NCBI RefSeq assembly: GCF_018977255.1 | Contig: NW_024704743.1 | Location: 26,600,001-26,664,000, forward strand | Length of the DNA stretch: 64,000 nt | Reading direction: 5' to 3' | From: Callorhinchus milii | Lineage: Eukaryota | Shown here: positions 12,348 through 24,604 of the stretch, piece by piece | Layout of the letters: every line of letters begins with the position of its first letter | Position numbering within the stretch: the first letter of the stretch is position 1 | Notes under the pieces: generated by a model | The model's input: the letters and a program-made list of their open reading frames with translations, nothing else | What the model was told of the DNA's origin: nothing | The model's database searches: none | Made by a program: the position numbers and the translations under genes

Positions 12348-12815
12348 TAAAAATAATTCTTGCATTTAAATCAGTGCCTAATTGTAGTACTCAACAAGAC
12401 GAGAGAGTTTCTCCCAGTGTCTAACTAATAATCCCACAGATAAAATTGGTCACTCACTTCGTGGCTGTTGGGGGGCATTGCTGTATGCAAATTGGTTAAC
12501 ATGTTCGCTAACAAATACAGAGACACTTTTAGATGTTTTGACGATGTAATAAGCACTACATCAAATGCAAGAATTAAGGATTATTAGTGCCTATAATGTC
12601 GATACATTTCAAAATGCTTCACTGAGAGTTGCTTTCAAGTTTAGTGGCTGCATTTGTAAGTGAACACAATAGTTGATTTGCACACAACAATGTCACAAAA
12701 TCAAACCTTGAAGTGAATGAACATTTTTTTCTGAAAGATTATTAACTAGGACACTGGGAGAAACTCCCTTCTCTTTTTGAGTAATGCTATGGGATCCACC
12801 TGAACAAATAGATGG
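12348..12815. mobile_element. Nested Deu-SINEs: a + copy (12381-12585) inside a - copy
   Basis: The - copy tail is interrupted, with direct repeat agtgccta at 12373-12380 and 12586-12593 flanking the + copy. Confidence 0.75.
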
Positions 12816-15519
12816 GTTTTAGGAACTGGAGTGACGGAGTAAAGAGAGCAGAGGGTTGAACTGATTGCTAAGGTTGTACTGGTTCAGTGAGATTGAGAGA
12901 GAGAGAGGCAGAGGAGGTTGAAAAAGTTGCACCCGGAAGCAAGGAGGAATTGGCAGGAGGTGAAGAGGAATGCTTCTGTCTAGTCCACATTAAGCCTCAT
13001 CCTGGCTTTGATGTCTGATGGTCAGGCAGTCAGAACGTCAGTGGACCTAGACTCATGGGTAGAAGTAGAGAGTTAGATTGGAGTGTGATGGCAACATGTC
13101 ATATACCCATACTCAATGGCACCAGTTTAGGTCCCAGAGACTGATCACGGCAGAACATAAAAACAGGAGGAAGCCATTCAGCCCCTTGAGCCTGTATCCA
13201 CCATTCTAGAAGATCATGACTGATCTGTAACTTACTGCAGACACAGTGGTTAAGAGCTTATGTAAAACCTTGCTGGTGGAAAGGCAGCAAATAAAACTGA
13301 GCACAAAAATAGCTTTCTGGCCAGAGCTGGTGCTTGAACCTGACACTGAGCCTCGAATAAACTACCAGTCAAACAGGTGCTAATGATTTTAATCCATTTG
13401 AAATGTTTTCATTCAAACAAGTTTCACAAAAAACAAACAAACAAGGGAGGGAGGAATAAAACATTTGAGAAATCAGCACTGCCATATCTGTTGCCTGAAA
13501 AAAACAGCAACAGGAGAGTAATTCGAATTTGATCATTAACTGGAGACAGTAATCTATTAAACTAACACTCATGGTGCCATGCGTGTCATAAACGACAAAT
13601 TCGACAAGGAGAACGCAAGCCAGGTTAACATGGTAAAGAAAACAGATGTCAGTGAATTTCATCAATCCTGCCTTTGGATTTCTGGTAAGATTGCCTGACA
13701 ATTTTGTAAGTGATGCACAGAAAACAATTTTGCCCGAACTGACAATTCTCTCCCCCTTGTTCTTCACAATGATTTGTTTTTATGAGGCCGTTGATTAACT
13801 TATTTAAATCTGAATGAATGGAACCGTACAGAGGCTTTAAGGAACTGGTGATTCCATATTCTGCTTGGAAGCTAGATGGCACAGTGGTCCTGTTCCTGTT
13901 TTCGCAAGAGCACTGGGCTGAGTGGGTGACAAGGAAATAATTTTACACGGAGGAGGGAGAAATTGCTCATAAATCTGTATCTAAGGTTGCTGTGCGAAAT
14001 GCAATGCCCAGTATTCCTATCAAAGATCACATGCCTGACAGTGTGCAATCCCCAGGTACTAAAAAAGGAGAGTGCATTATTGAAGTGTCTAGCCTTTCCT
14101 TACAGCTCAACAATAACATCAAGGAGACGTTTCATCTTCTTAAACACTATTCAATGAGTAAGTGCATTTTCTCCGGTTCTGATTCAAACAAGGCAAAAAA
14201 ACACCTTGTAAATGTTACAGACCCACTCAGTTCCTTTCCATGCCATTCATTTAATGGTCTAAACTACTGTTGTTCAGGATGCGCAATGCAAATTGTTTAT
14301 TTTTCCAGCAAACTATTTATACTGGTGAACCAGCTTCAATCATTTATTGTATTTATTGTAACATTTCTCTCTTCTATCCACCTCTCCTCTTGAAGACACT
14401 GACTGTTTGCTGGGGGAAATTTGTATGAGTCCCAGCCACCATAAGATGTGTGCAAATTGATTGGCGCATTCGTGGCAATCAATTTGCACACAAATTAAAC
14501 AGCCATACATTTTTACAAGGAATGATTTTTACTAAATTAAATTCTAATAAATTAAAAAAAAATTAAATAAACTTTGACGCTGCACTTTACAGTATATTGA
14601 TTGGAAGATACAATGGGCATCAGTCCCAATTGTTGATTCTTATTGATACCTCGGTGTTATGGTAGAGGCCAACTTCAGCCAGGACACTGCCCTGAAGAAG
14701 GAGTGAAGGGCACTCTGTTGCATAAACACAAACTGCATTTACATAGCGTCTTTTATGTCAGGAGGAGAGATGAAGTGGGATCACTCCAATACTACTACTG
14801 ATAATAATCCTTACATTTGATATAGCGCCTTATCACATCTTTGAGACATATCAAAGCGCCTCACAGAATATACTGTAAAGTGAATTGATTGCATATATGG
14901 CGAAACCAAAAAGAGGATAATAATAATATGCATGGCTCTCCAGATGTTTCAATTGTTAAATGACTTCTCGTTTCTTTCCAACTAAATTCAATATTGATGA
15001 GCGACGGGAAGCTCTGAGTGATTGACTGTCAAGCCTTAATCAATGGCAGAAGGGTACATCTGCCTTCCTGTTAGCACAGCCGGTACATTAAGGAGATTAT
15101 TTATTCAGACTTTTGTAAGAGACAGCAGGAGAAGCTTGACGAAAGACCACCTGACGCTGTTACTTATATAAGAAAAGTTGATGTGCAGCAGTAGGTTATT
15201 TGTATTATAAATTCAGGTTTTGAAGTACAAATCAAATAAAATATCAATACTGTATTTGAATTCTTAAGGATTTAATTATAGGCTTAAGACTGGAAACCAT
15301 GGAGAAATCTATAACTTTCCTCCAATTTTCCACAGGTTATGAATAACCAAGAATTGTCTAAGGTGACAAACAAGAATTATTAGTCAGTCAGAAGTCAGAC
15401 AGGTTTGTAAATTCCTTCCTGTACTTGGGTTCAGCTGCCACTCAGTTACAGACAAACTGTTTACTAGTTTTGGAGTGTGCAGTGTCTCAGGGAGGAGAAG
15501 GAGGAAGCATAGAGTGGGA

Positions 15520-15720
15520 ATTTGTTTTTGGATGAGCCGAGTGTCTGACACATGCGGAAACCCATCACCATGCTTATGAGTATCCAAACCAAACAGAGAT
15601 TTCCATACATCCCACCTACACATGGAAATCCCAGAGATAAATTGTTGCAATGGAATGTGCACTCTCTTCCTGGAGGGACACATCCTGCTTACCTAATCCC
15701 GGAAAGTACAGGGTGACCAA
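15520..15720 (+). repeat. Unclassified dispersed repeat, copy 1
   Basis: gtgtctgacacatgcggaaacccatcaccatgctta...ccaaaccaaa...tttccatacatcccacct is shared with 39165-39350 and 22850-22960. Confidence 0.85.
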
Positions 15721-16464
15721 AAAGTCGTGATACCATTACAATATCTAATAAGTCTTAAAGAAATTATGATTTTTTTTGGATAATAGTTCAGCTCCATACA
15801 GACCCTCCTTGACCCTCCAACCCCCACCCCCGCCCCCCCAGGAGGATAGTGACAAGTTGATTGTTTGACATCTGACAAGCACAGGTTTGAGCCCTCACTA
15901 GGTGGATGGTATGTACAAGGAACTCCCTGGAAGCTTCCTGGTGAGAGCAATGCCACCGTCTTCCTGTCCGCAGCTCGGGCACATGTCCCTTCCCGTTGAC
16001 CAATGGTTCCACCAATTGGAGGTGCGGAGTTTAAGCAGCAGCTGCTCCCTTCGAATTCTAGGTGCTGGACCTACGAACATATGTTCGCGAACTCTGACTT
16101 CAGGTAACACCTTCTGGCAGCTGTCAAGTATAGATGAATGTTGGCAGAACCTTAATCCCAATTGTCCTGTCTACCTCTCTAAATCCCCTTAATGTGCCAG
16201 GCAGCCGGAGCACAAAATCACGAAGGAGAGGATGAAGACTCTTTGGCCCATTTGATCTTTTTCTTCCAGAATACCTATCTTACTTCCCATTTTAACATTA
16301 AACTGCTCTCCCATCTTCCCATTAAGCTGTTTCTTAAATTAATCCAGCATTCAAACCTCTAATAACCCATTCTTGTTGTTAATTGAATTGTCTTAGTTTT
16401 ACTTTCTTAATTAAAATTAGCATCTTATCGTAATAATAATTATCTTAATAATTAATGCATTGAT

Positions 16465-16790
16465 AGTCTTGGCTAATACTCCAATGCAGTGCTGGAGGAG
16501 CGCTGTATCATTAGAAGTCCTGAGGTCCCATCTACTTTTGAGTTTTAAAAATCCCATGATACTATTTACAAAAATGAAGGAAGTTTGCCCTGGCTTGCAG
16601 TCCTCCAGAAAAAAATATTCCTTAACTTCAGGACTGTTTGTGAGATATTGCTGTGTGCAAATTGACTGCTACATTTGCATACAATTGTACAATCACTGCA
16701 CTTTATAAAAATGTTGTGAAGTGTTTTGAGATATTGTTGTTGATGATGTGGTTGCCTATATCAAATGCTAGAATTATTTTTATTTTATTA
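16465..16790 (+). mobile_element. Old Deu-type SINE
   Basis: ctccaatgcagtgctggaggagcgctg...aatcccatgatactattt...ttgctgtgtgcaaattgactgc, followed by the tail. Confidence 0.7.
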
Positions 16791-17029
16791 AACAGGAAAA
16801 CAATTTTATGACCTTAAAATTATGGTATTTTGTAACAGATTCCAGATTGTGACAATTGGACACAGGGGATACTTGGTTGTATCTTAATAAATATTATTCT
16901 TGTTACTTATACAATGGTAGGCTTTACTATCTTTACTACTGCATAATAGAGGATGCATTCTCTTTTCCATCAGTTTTTCCCCTGTTCCCTTTCCTAAAGG
17001 CATTTAACTCATTTTTCTTTCTATTGTGG

Positions 17030-17350
17030 TACAATAGAGAAGCTGGACTCTTCCCTGTACCTCACCATTAATAGCCATTATTTATGTGTGAGTGATAGTG
17101 AGTGTCAACAGGCTATTCTTTCACAGGTTGGGAAAGGGGGCAGGGGAAATGACAGCCAAATCCTATCCTATCTTTAACCACATTCACATATGCATACTTC
17201 CAACATGGTTCTCTGGATCATAATCAGGGGTAAGCACTCTATCTGATTTTCCCCTCCCTCAATCTGAGGCAAATTGTAACTTTCCAACTGGTGCGTAGCC
17301 TGAGATCAGCAATGTCAGCACAGACTTGGATTAAACCCGTGACCTTCTTA
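17030..17350 (-). mobile_element. Ancient tRNA-SINE relic, AmnSINE2-like
   Basis: Reverse strand reads ggtcacgggtttaatccaagtctgtgctgacattgctgatctcag...gagggaggggaaaatcag. Confidence 0.6.
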
Positions 17351-18039
17351 ATATGCTTTAAGTGCTCTGAGATGCTATCCTGCATAAAGAGCGTTATGTT
17401 AATTCAATGCCTTTGCCTATTTGGACATCTGGGTGCCCAAATTATGCATTACATGTCGTTAATCAAAGATTTAATCATTTTGACTCCATTACTCTTAGGA
17501 GTAAAATAACTGAGATTTGCACTTAATGCAAGAATTAACAGTAGTCAAGCCACCTGGATTTGGGTCCTATGAAATAAAGAATGAGTTGGCCACCAGCTTC
17601 AAACCCAGACTCAGACTTTCAAACTTGGCACTCGCACTAGCAGAAAAAACACTTGCTTCTCAGAAATACAATAAGATCCCAAAGAATTAAACACATGTGC
17701 AAGAATTATTTTTGCCGCCAGAATATGCTTGCATCTGTCTACGTGGCGGACACACGAAATGAGCATCTGACAGATAATATCTAAAATGCGATATTTGAAA
17801 GTTTGATTTGATGCACTCATTTCATGATTGCGATTTTTTTAATTGATTTTTAAATTCTGTAAAATTGTTTTCTGGCGTTGAATTCATTCAGTAAGTGGAT
17901 ACAGTCTGTCATTTTACACCGTCAAAACAGTGTAACCGACAAATATTCATTCCATTTAGACATCATTCACACAGATTTAGATTTATCAGCAGCAGTGTGT
18001 AACAACAGATATTGTGTATTTTAATCCCAAACTGCAATT

Positions 18040-18273
18040 TGTTTGAAACTCTTGTTCATGCCTTCATTACCTCCAGGCTCGACTATGCAAACACCCTGCT
18101 TGTCGGCCTTCCCAACTCTTCCCTCCACAGGCTGCAGATAATCCAGAACTCTGCAGCCCATGTCCTCTCCCTCACCAAACTCTGTGACCCAATGTCCCTT
18201 CTCCCTCCCTGAAATGCTGTACTCCGTTCAGGGCCTTGGGACGTCCTCCCGACGTGAAATATAATCTTGTTGT
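18040..18273 (+). mobile_element. L2 fragment, internally deleted
   Basis: Encodes [41 protein letters not shown] (L2 ORF2 C-terminal region), then the tail. Confidence 0.9.
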
Positions 18274-18674
18274 TAAACCAAGCCAATGCAGTTTCTCTTC
18301 TATTTTAACACTTATGCCTTAGACCTCTTTGAGATTCCTATTGGAGAGTATCTTAGATACAAAGTAATCATTAGAAAATAAATCAGTTAATTTCACATAT
18401 CGACCCTAGAGAGGAAGTTCTTTCTTCACCCTTGCTTATAGGACGATAAGGATATAAATTCTACAGGTCTACATTTTTTCTACTTTTATTACATGATAGA
18501 GAAACAGAATTTTGCCAAATTTATAAGTACAGACTTCTTTGTAATCCATTTTTTTGTCAATTCTTTTAAGAAAACAGATTCAAAATTAAGACTGAATTCG
18601 ATGTTTCAGAATTTTAAAATTTGCAATTTCCAATAATACTTTCTTAATTACTTCTATAATACTTTCTTAATTCT

Positions 18675-19062
18675 TAAGACCTTCACGACCTTGCTCCTTC
18701 CTACCTTTGTGAACTCCATATCGACCTGTCTGCACCCTTCACTAAGCAGACTCCGGGTTGCTCCACATCTCCCGCCCGGATCACCCCACCATTGGCGATT
18801 GGGCCTTCAGCCTCTCTGCCCCCATCCTTTGGAACTCCATCCCACAGTCCTTTTGTCTTGCTCCCTCCCTTGCCTCCTTTAAGACATGTCTCAAGACGCC
18901 CCCCACCTCTTTGACCACGCCTTTGGGTATCCTCCTACCCTTCTTGCTCTCCACCCATCCTGATTCCGACCCCCTGCTCGGGTCCAAATCCCTGACTCTC
19001 CAGCGCCTTGTGACCTTCTCCCGATGTGAACTGCGCTATACAAATATAATTTGCTGTTCGTG
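18675..19062 (+). mobile_element. L2 3' fragment
   Basis: AFSLSAPILWNSIPQS...SFKTCLKT, followed by UTR and tail. Confidence 0.9.
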
Positions 19063-19369
19063 TTAATTTAGAAAATTATCAGTTGCCAGACTTACAGAGC
19101 TATTCTTTCTGCATTTTTTTCATTTGGGCAGTCTAACTGATCTTCAGATTTTCAGTTTTCGCCCTCTCACTCCTCCAAGTGCACAAATTAAAATGATGAT
19201 GGCTTTCCCTTATCCATGTTCCCTTAATATAAGCAGAATTGCTCTACAAACTGTGCTGTGCTGTGTTACACTTAGAACCGAAAAGCATAGGTGCAAATTT
19301 CTGCTGTTAAGGGATAATAGGCAATATAAGGTGCAATGATAGGTGTAATGTCAGAAAATAGGAACCAAC

Positions 19370-20035
19370 AGCATGGATGAAAAAAGGAAGCAGTGAGGAG
19401 AGCAATGAGACTGATCCCAGTGTTAGGAGGATAGGTTGTGAAGAACAATTCAATAAACTAGGGCTCTTCGGTCTTGGAAACAGTCTTTTCATAGGGGACC
19501 TTATAGAGTTATATGAAATGATAAATGGGATTGAAAAACAACATTTTCAGATACGCCTGAGCAGCAGAAAAAGAGGTCATCTCTCTGCTCCCACCATTTG
19601 GAACTACATCCCACAGTCCCATCTCAAGACTCATCTCAAGAACCTCCTCTTCGACCGTGCCTTCGGTCACCCTCCTACCCCTACCCTCCCCGCTTCCCAC
19701 CCCCTCCTGATCCCAATCAGCAGCTCCCTGACTGTCCAGGGCCTTGGGACATCCTCCTGATGTGAAAGGCGCTAAACAAATGTAATTTGTTGATGTGATT
19801 TGTTGTTGTTGTACAGGACTGTGAAAAGCAAGTTTAGGACAGACAAAAGTATTTCTTTACACAGAGGGAAATCAACAGTGGAACAGGTTACCAGGAAGGG
19901 TAGTTGAGGCCAGGACACTGGACTTATTTAAGAAACAGCTTGGTGCTGTATTGGGAAGAAGATAGGGTTGGTATTCTAGAAAACTGAGACTAAAAAGGCC
20001 AAAGGTTTATTTTTCTTGCAAACTGCTCCTGCTAT
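19370..20035 (+). mobile_element. Old CR1 3' fragment interrupted by an L2 3' piece (about 19581-19811)
   Basis: Encodes LGLFGL...GDLIELYEMINGIEK...RGH, then an L2 tail. CR1 resumes with tttctttacacagagg...ggaacaggttacca. Confidence 0.8.
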
Positions 20036-21899
20036 CTTGATACAGAGGGGGAAAAGACAGCTCAGTTAGTAAACAGGTAAAATGTGGTTTGAAACCAATT
20101 CTATTTTTGGACAAAATAAAATTAATTTTCAGCTCTAGTTTGCAGTTATAATTGAGAATATGGCCACGAGCAAGGAAGGCAATTTCTATTGCTGTTAATC
20201 ATGCTGGTGATGTCTCACTGGTCTGGATTGTGTTTTGAGATTATTCTAGCTTGTGCTTTTGCCCCATTATTTTATTTTAGTTTGAGTTCCTGCAGAGTTC
20301 AGTGGAGCTTCACATCACTGCCTTCAACAAATAATAATGAGGTAAAAATGCATTATGTGACGTGATATTTATCCCTGATGCTAATTATCCTATACTGCAT
20401 TTCCCCTCTCCTCCCCACAGCTGACAGCATAACTTCTATTTCAACATCAAATCAATTGGTAAGTTCAGTGGGAAGACATTGAAATATATAAGAAAGTAAA
20501 ATATAAAAGCAAGGATAGATGGAGCTGTTACTTTCCTGATGATTCCTCCAGTATTTCCTATAAACAGACAAACGCACATTGGATTATCAGGTCTACAACT
20601 GCCAATGTAAGACCAATATCAAAATTCCACAGAGGGTCAGTGTTTCATTTTGATTTGCCCAATAATTTGAGAGAGAACGTGATGGAAAAGTAACATGGGG
20701 TTTAAATGCGATTGCTTTGTGCATGTTTTTAATGTTCTGGCTAGACTGAAATATCATGTGTCAGGTTCTCGTGTAAAGCTGACATTCTCACAGTCATGAA
20801 CAGCATTAGTTTATGGCTAAAACATCTCCTGACCTTTCCGAAAGGTTAGATTGGCCAGCAGAGCCAGGCTAATACATAAAACATTTTCCTTCACAGTTAT
20901 TCACATTGTCTATTGTAACTTAGTTTGCTGCCATGGATATAGGAACCCCTGTCTATATTTGCTGAACTCAACTGAATCATTTCAGCTCATGTGTTGAGAA
21001 GCTGAAAAAAATACTAATTCCTCAGATATCAGATACTACTTTAGTTTTAACCACAGACCATTAAAACAAATAAAAAGCATCATTTAAATGTAAACGAAAA
21101 ATAAATACTTAAGCAGCAATCACTCTGTTTTGTTCTTTTGCAGTTCTTTCCCATTTTCCCTCTTGTTTTTATTTATTTTGAAAAATTATCAAATTTGCTG
21201 TATAGTTTAATTGCTTTTCTAAGTTTTTGATTTTTGTCATTTCTATCTTCCACTTACCACTCTACTGTAGTTCAGTGTCCATTTTTATTTTGGATCACAA
21301 AATTAGTTTGGATGAAGAAAGCCCTTTGGTCCATTTGATCTCATCCTTCCAAAACACCTACACTACGATCCTCCCATTACAATGTCATGCTGTTTTTTAA
21401 ATGGTTCAATGTCCTAGCCACCTTCCTGGTAAACTGTTCTGTTTGTTAACCTCTGGGTAAATTAAAAAAACCTCTTTGTGTGTGACCAGAAATTGCTCTT
21501 ATCAACCCTAAACATGTGCCCTTAGTTCTAATGTTTTGGCACATTTGAAAGTAATAATAAAAATAATAATAATAATCCTTGCGTTTGATATGCTGCCTTA
21601 TCACATCACTGAGACATCCCAAAGCGCTCCACACAATACCCTGCAAAATGAATTGAGTTATTTTGTGGGAGAAAAACGCTAATTTATTTTATTTTTAGTC
21701 AATTTTATGACAAGTATTGGTCTGACTACTTTGTCAATCCATTTAAAATTTTATATACATTTATGAGGTTACCTCTGAGACATCTCCCTTGCTTTCATGA
21801 TTGCAGAACCTGAGGTTCCGTCTATTCGCTGTTCACAGCTCATTCCTCTCACAACGGGATCATCCTCGCTGCTCTCCATTGTACTGCTTTCAGGATCTG

Positions 21900-22060
21900 G
21901 ACAATGTCTCTTCTGAAGGATGGCACATCGACTCGAGCAATGCAAGCCTCCAGCATTGCATTTTAGTGTCAGCAGAGATGGTGAGTTCAAAGTCCCAATG
22001 TAGGTGCTTGAATCCACAAATTCTGACTCAGGCGAAAATGATAGCAGTTGAGCCAGAGAG
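21900..22060 (-). mobile_element. Deu-SINE head fragment
   Basis: aagtcccaatgtaggtgcttgaatccacaaattctgactcaggcgaaa...ttgagccag, similar to 54620-54760. Confidence 0.65.
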
Positions 22061-22644
22061 GAGACAGGCTGAATTTTAACCAAAGGCATTTACAGCCCTC
22101 CTTGCCGCTTTTAGCTTATTTCTGTATTTTATTTAGATTTCAAAAGCAGGTTTTATATTCCTTGATGTTCCTTTGGAGAGGAGATGAAGCAAAACACTTC
22201 AAGCCATTCCAATCTTTTTTCTCTATGTCCAGCTAAAAGATTAGGAACTAATCTTTTGAGACCCCTCCCCAAAACTCAGGGGAATTCGGTAGACTGGCAA
22301 ATTAGATGAATTTTTGATGGAATGCAATTAGGAATAATTAGTATTTGGAAGAATTTGAAGTCGGAAGAATTTATCAGCGAATATCAGGAAAAAAAGAAAA
22401 ATAATCTCAGACATAAAATTATTAAAAGTATTTCTGTACTGTATGTTGCAGTTAAGTAGACACAAACGAATTGTTCTTTTTGAAGCGACATGCTACCGAT
22501 TATTGATTTGCATGAATGTTTTTTCCAATTTGGGGGACGGGAGGAAGACTTCAACAGAGAAAGGTTGGAGTGAAATGAACTAGTGCCTCCTATTTCCAAA
22601 GATCGAGGTACTTCATAAAGATATCTTTCTGTACACCATAACAT

Positions 22645-22830
22645 TAACAATAATCCGTACATTTGATATAGCGCCTTATCATGTCTTCGAGACATCTCAA
22701 AGCGCTTTACAGAATATACTGTCAGGTGAATTGACCGTATATTTTGTGGGAGAAACTTGGCAGCGAATTGTGCACAACAGTGTCTCACAAACAACAAAGT
22801 TGTGGATTGAGTGACCAAATTATTATTATC
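22645..22830 (-). mobile_element. SINE 3' half
   Basis: Matches 11386-11560. Confidence 0.9.
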
Positions 22831-22849
22831 AATGTTTAAAAATCAAATT

Positions 22850-22960
22850 TTTTTAGGTCATCCATATGACTGACACATGGAGAAACTCACCCACTATGCT
22901 TAAGAGTATCCAAACCAGGCTGAGAGTTCCACACGTGTACCCCACCGGAGCATGGGAATT
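22850..22960 (+). repeat. Unclassified dispersed repeat, copy 2 (more diverged)
   Basis: ctgacacatggagaaactcacccactatgcttaagagtatccaaaccaggctgagagttccacac. Confidence 0.65.
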
Positions 22961-23939
22961 TCACTCTACAAAATGTAATGCAAAATTAATATTAAAGTTA
23001 CGCGTGGTGGAAGATGGTGCATCAATACAATTTGCATCACGTCTTTCACGTCGGGAGGATGCCTCAAAGTTCTTGGCACTGCTGTTTGGTCACCTGAGTT
23101 GAGTGTGAGGAGGGGAACGATAACAGAAAGCAGTCAAAGAGGTAGGTCTTGAGTTGGACTTTTAACGAGGGGAGTGAGGGAGCTAGTTGGAAGATCTCCA
23201 GGGAGTAGTCCTAGAGAAAGGTGGTACAATAGAACTAACTAAGTAAGCACAAGNTTTTTTTTCAACTTCAGAGATATATTTGACCTCGACCATTGAACCC
23301 AGGCTGTGGGGGTGGTGGGGGATGTGAGGGGAAGAATCAACTAGCGACATGATGCCCTTTTTTTAACAAGCCAGGATCACGGAGGCAATTATTCTCAGCC
23401 TCGGAGCAGCAATTTAATGTTTCTTCACTAGAAAAAAATTAGTTTGAAATTAATTTTCAAAGCTACAGTATAGCCGCAGTGGACAGGAGAACAGACTTCA
23501 GATTCTTTTGAACTTAAGATGAGGAATGTGAAAATGTTGATGGAGACACTATTGTCCACAAATCAAGGAGGGGGGGTCAGACCCAACCCTGTCATGAGGA
23601 ACCATTTCAAGGATACATTTTAATCGCATTTTCTATCCAGTTGATAAAATGTTCCTATTAATTAAAGCCATTGATAATAATAATTACTCTTACATTTCAT
23701 ATAACACCTTTTATATCAGTAGGAAGGACGTCTCAAAGCATTTCACAGAATTTTACTATAAAGTAGAGTGATTGTATTTTGTGAGTGAACAAAAGAGTAA
23801 ATGAAAGAATGCATTCAGGAATATTGCATTTTCTCCACTATATTGAAAAATATGGTGAAAAATTATTACTTAATATATCATTGAATATTCTACCTTGTCG
23901 ATAGCTAATGACCGCTAAACTGGTCCATACAGTTTTTTT

Positions 23940-24156
23940 TAATCCCTTAAAAAAGATGTGGTCACTCATTCCACAAATGATTGTGGGACACTGCTGTCTG
24001 CAATTGTCTGCTGCGTTTCACCCACAAAATATACAGCCAATTCACTTTACAGTATATTCTGTGATGTGCTCTGAGACATCTCGAAGATGTGATAAGGTAC
24101 TATATCAAGGCTATATCAAGGCGCTAACCAAATGCAAAGATTATTATTATTATTAT
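23940..24156 (+). mobile_element. SINE 3' half with a 10-nt tandem duplication (tatatcaagg)
   Basis: Deu-like domain and (ATT)n tail. Confidence 0.88.
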
Positions 24157-24604
24157 GTGATCCAGTGGAGAAGTTCATTGGAACCAGTGAAGCAAGTGAG
24201 TGTCACTAAAGCAAAATTAAATTACTGAAATATAAGCAGATGATTTCATTTGAGGAAGTGCGTAAACAGTTCTCAGAAGGTAAAACATGTGCTTGGGGAT
24301 TCAGCTAAAGTGCAGAGGAGGTGAAGAAGGAAAGAAGGTTCTCTATAGAGACGATAAAATTCAGGCAGTATTGAAGTCAAACCACAGAGGATAAGGAGCA
24401 GCTTCCATGACCTCCTTTGGCTTAGAAGTGATAACAACAGGTGTGACCACTGGAACAAATCTATGTGTAGAGGCGATTCAATAAAGCCCAGTTTAGACCG
24501 CAGTAATTGTGTAATTTCCCTTGGTATCGCCTTCTCCTGCACTGCGCCAATTGTTGTTAAGCATCTATACGTTAGGAGTTTTATAGGGCCGTAAGATATA
24601 ACAT

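Noticed and set aside
22300..22630. CpG-bearing blocks that might be transposon coding remnants (also 1530-1775 and 2380-2520)
   Set aside because: Translations gave no convincing motif, and similarity between the blocks was too weak to call by eye.
23254..23254. Single N
   Set aside because: Assembly ambiguity or join, not biology. Continuity across this point is uncertain.
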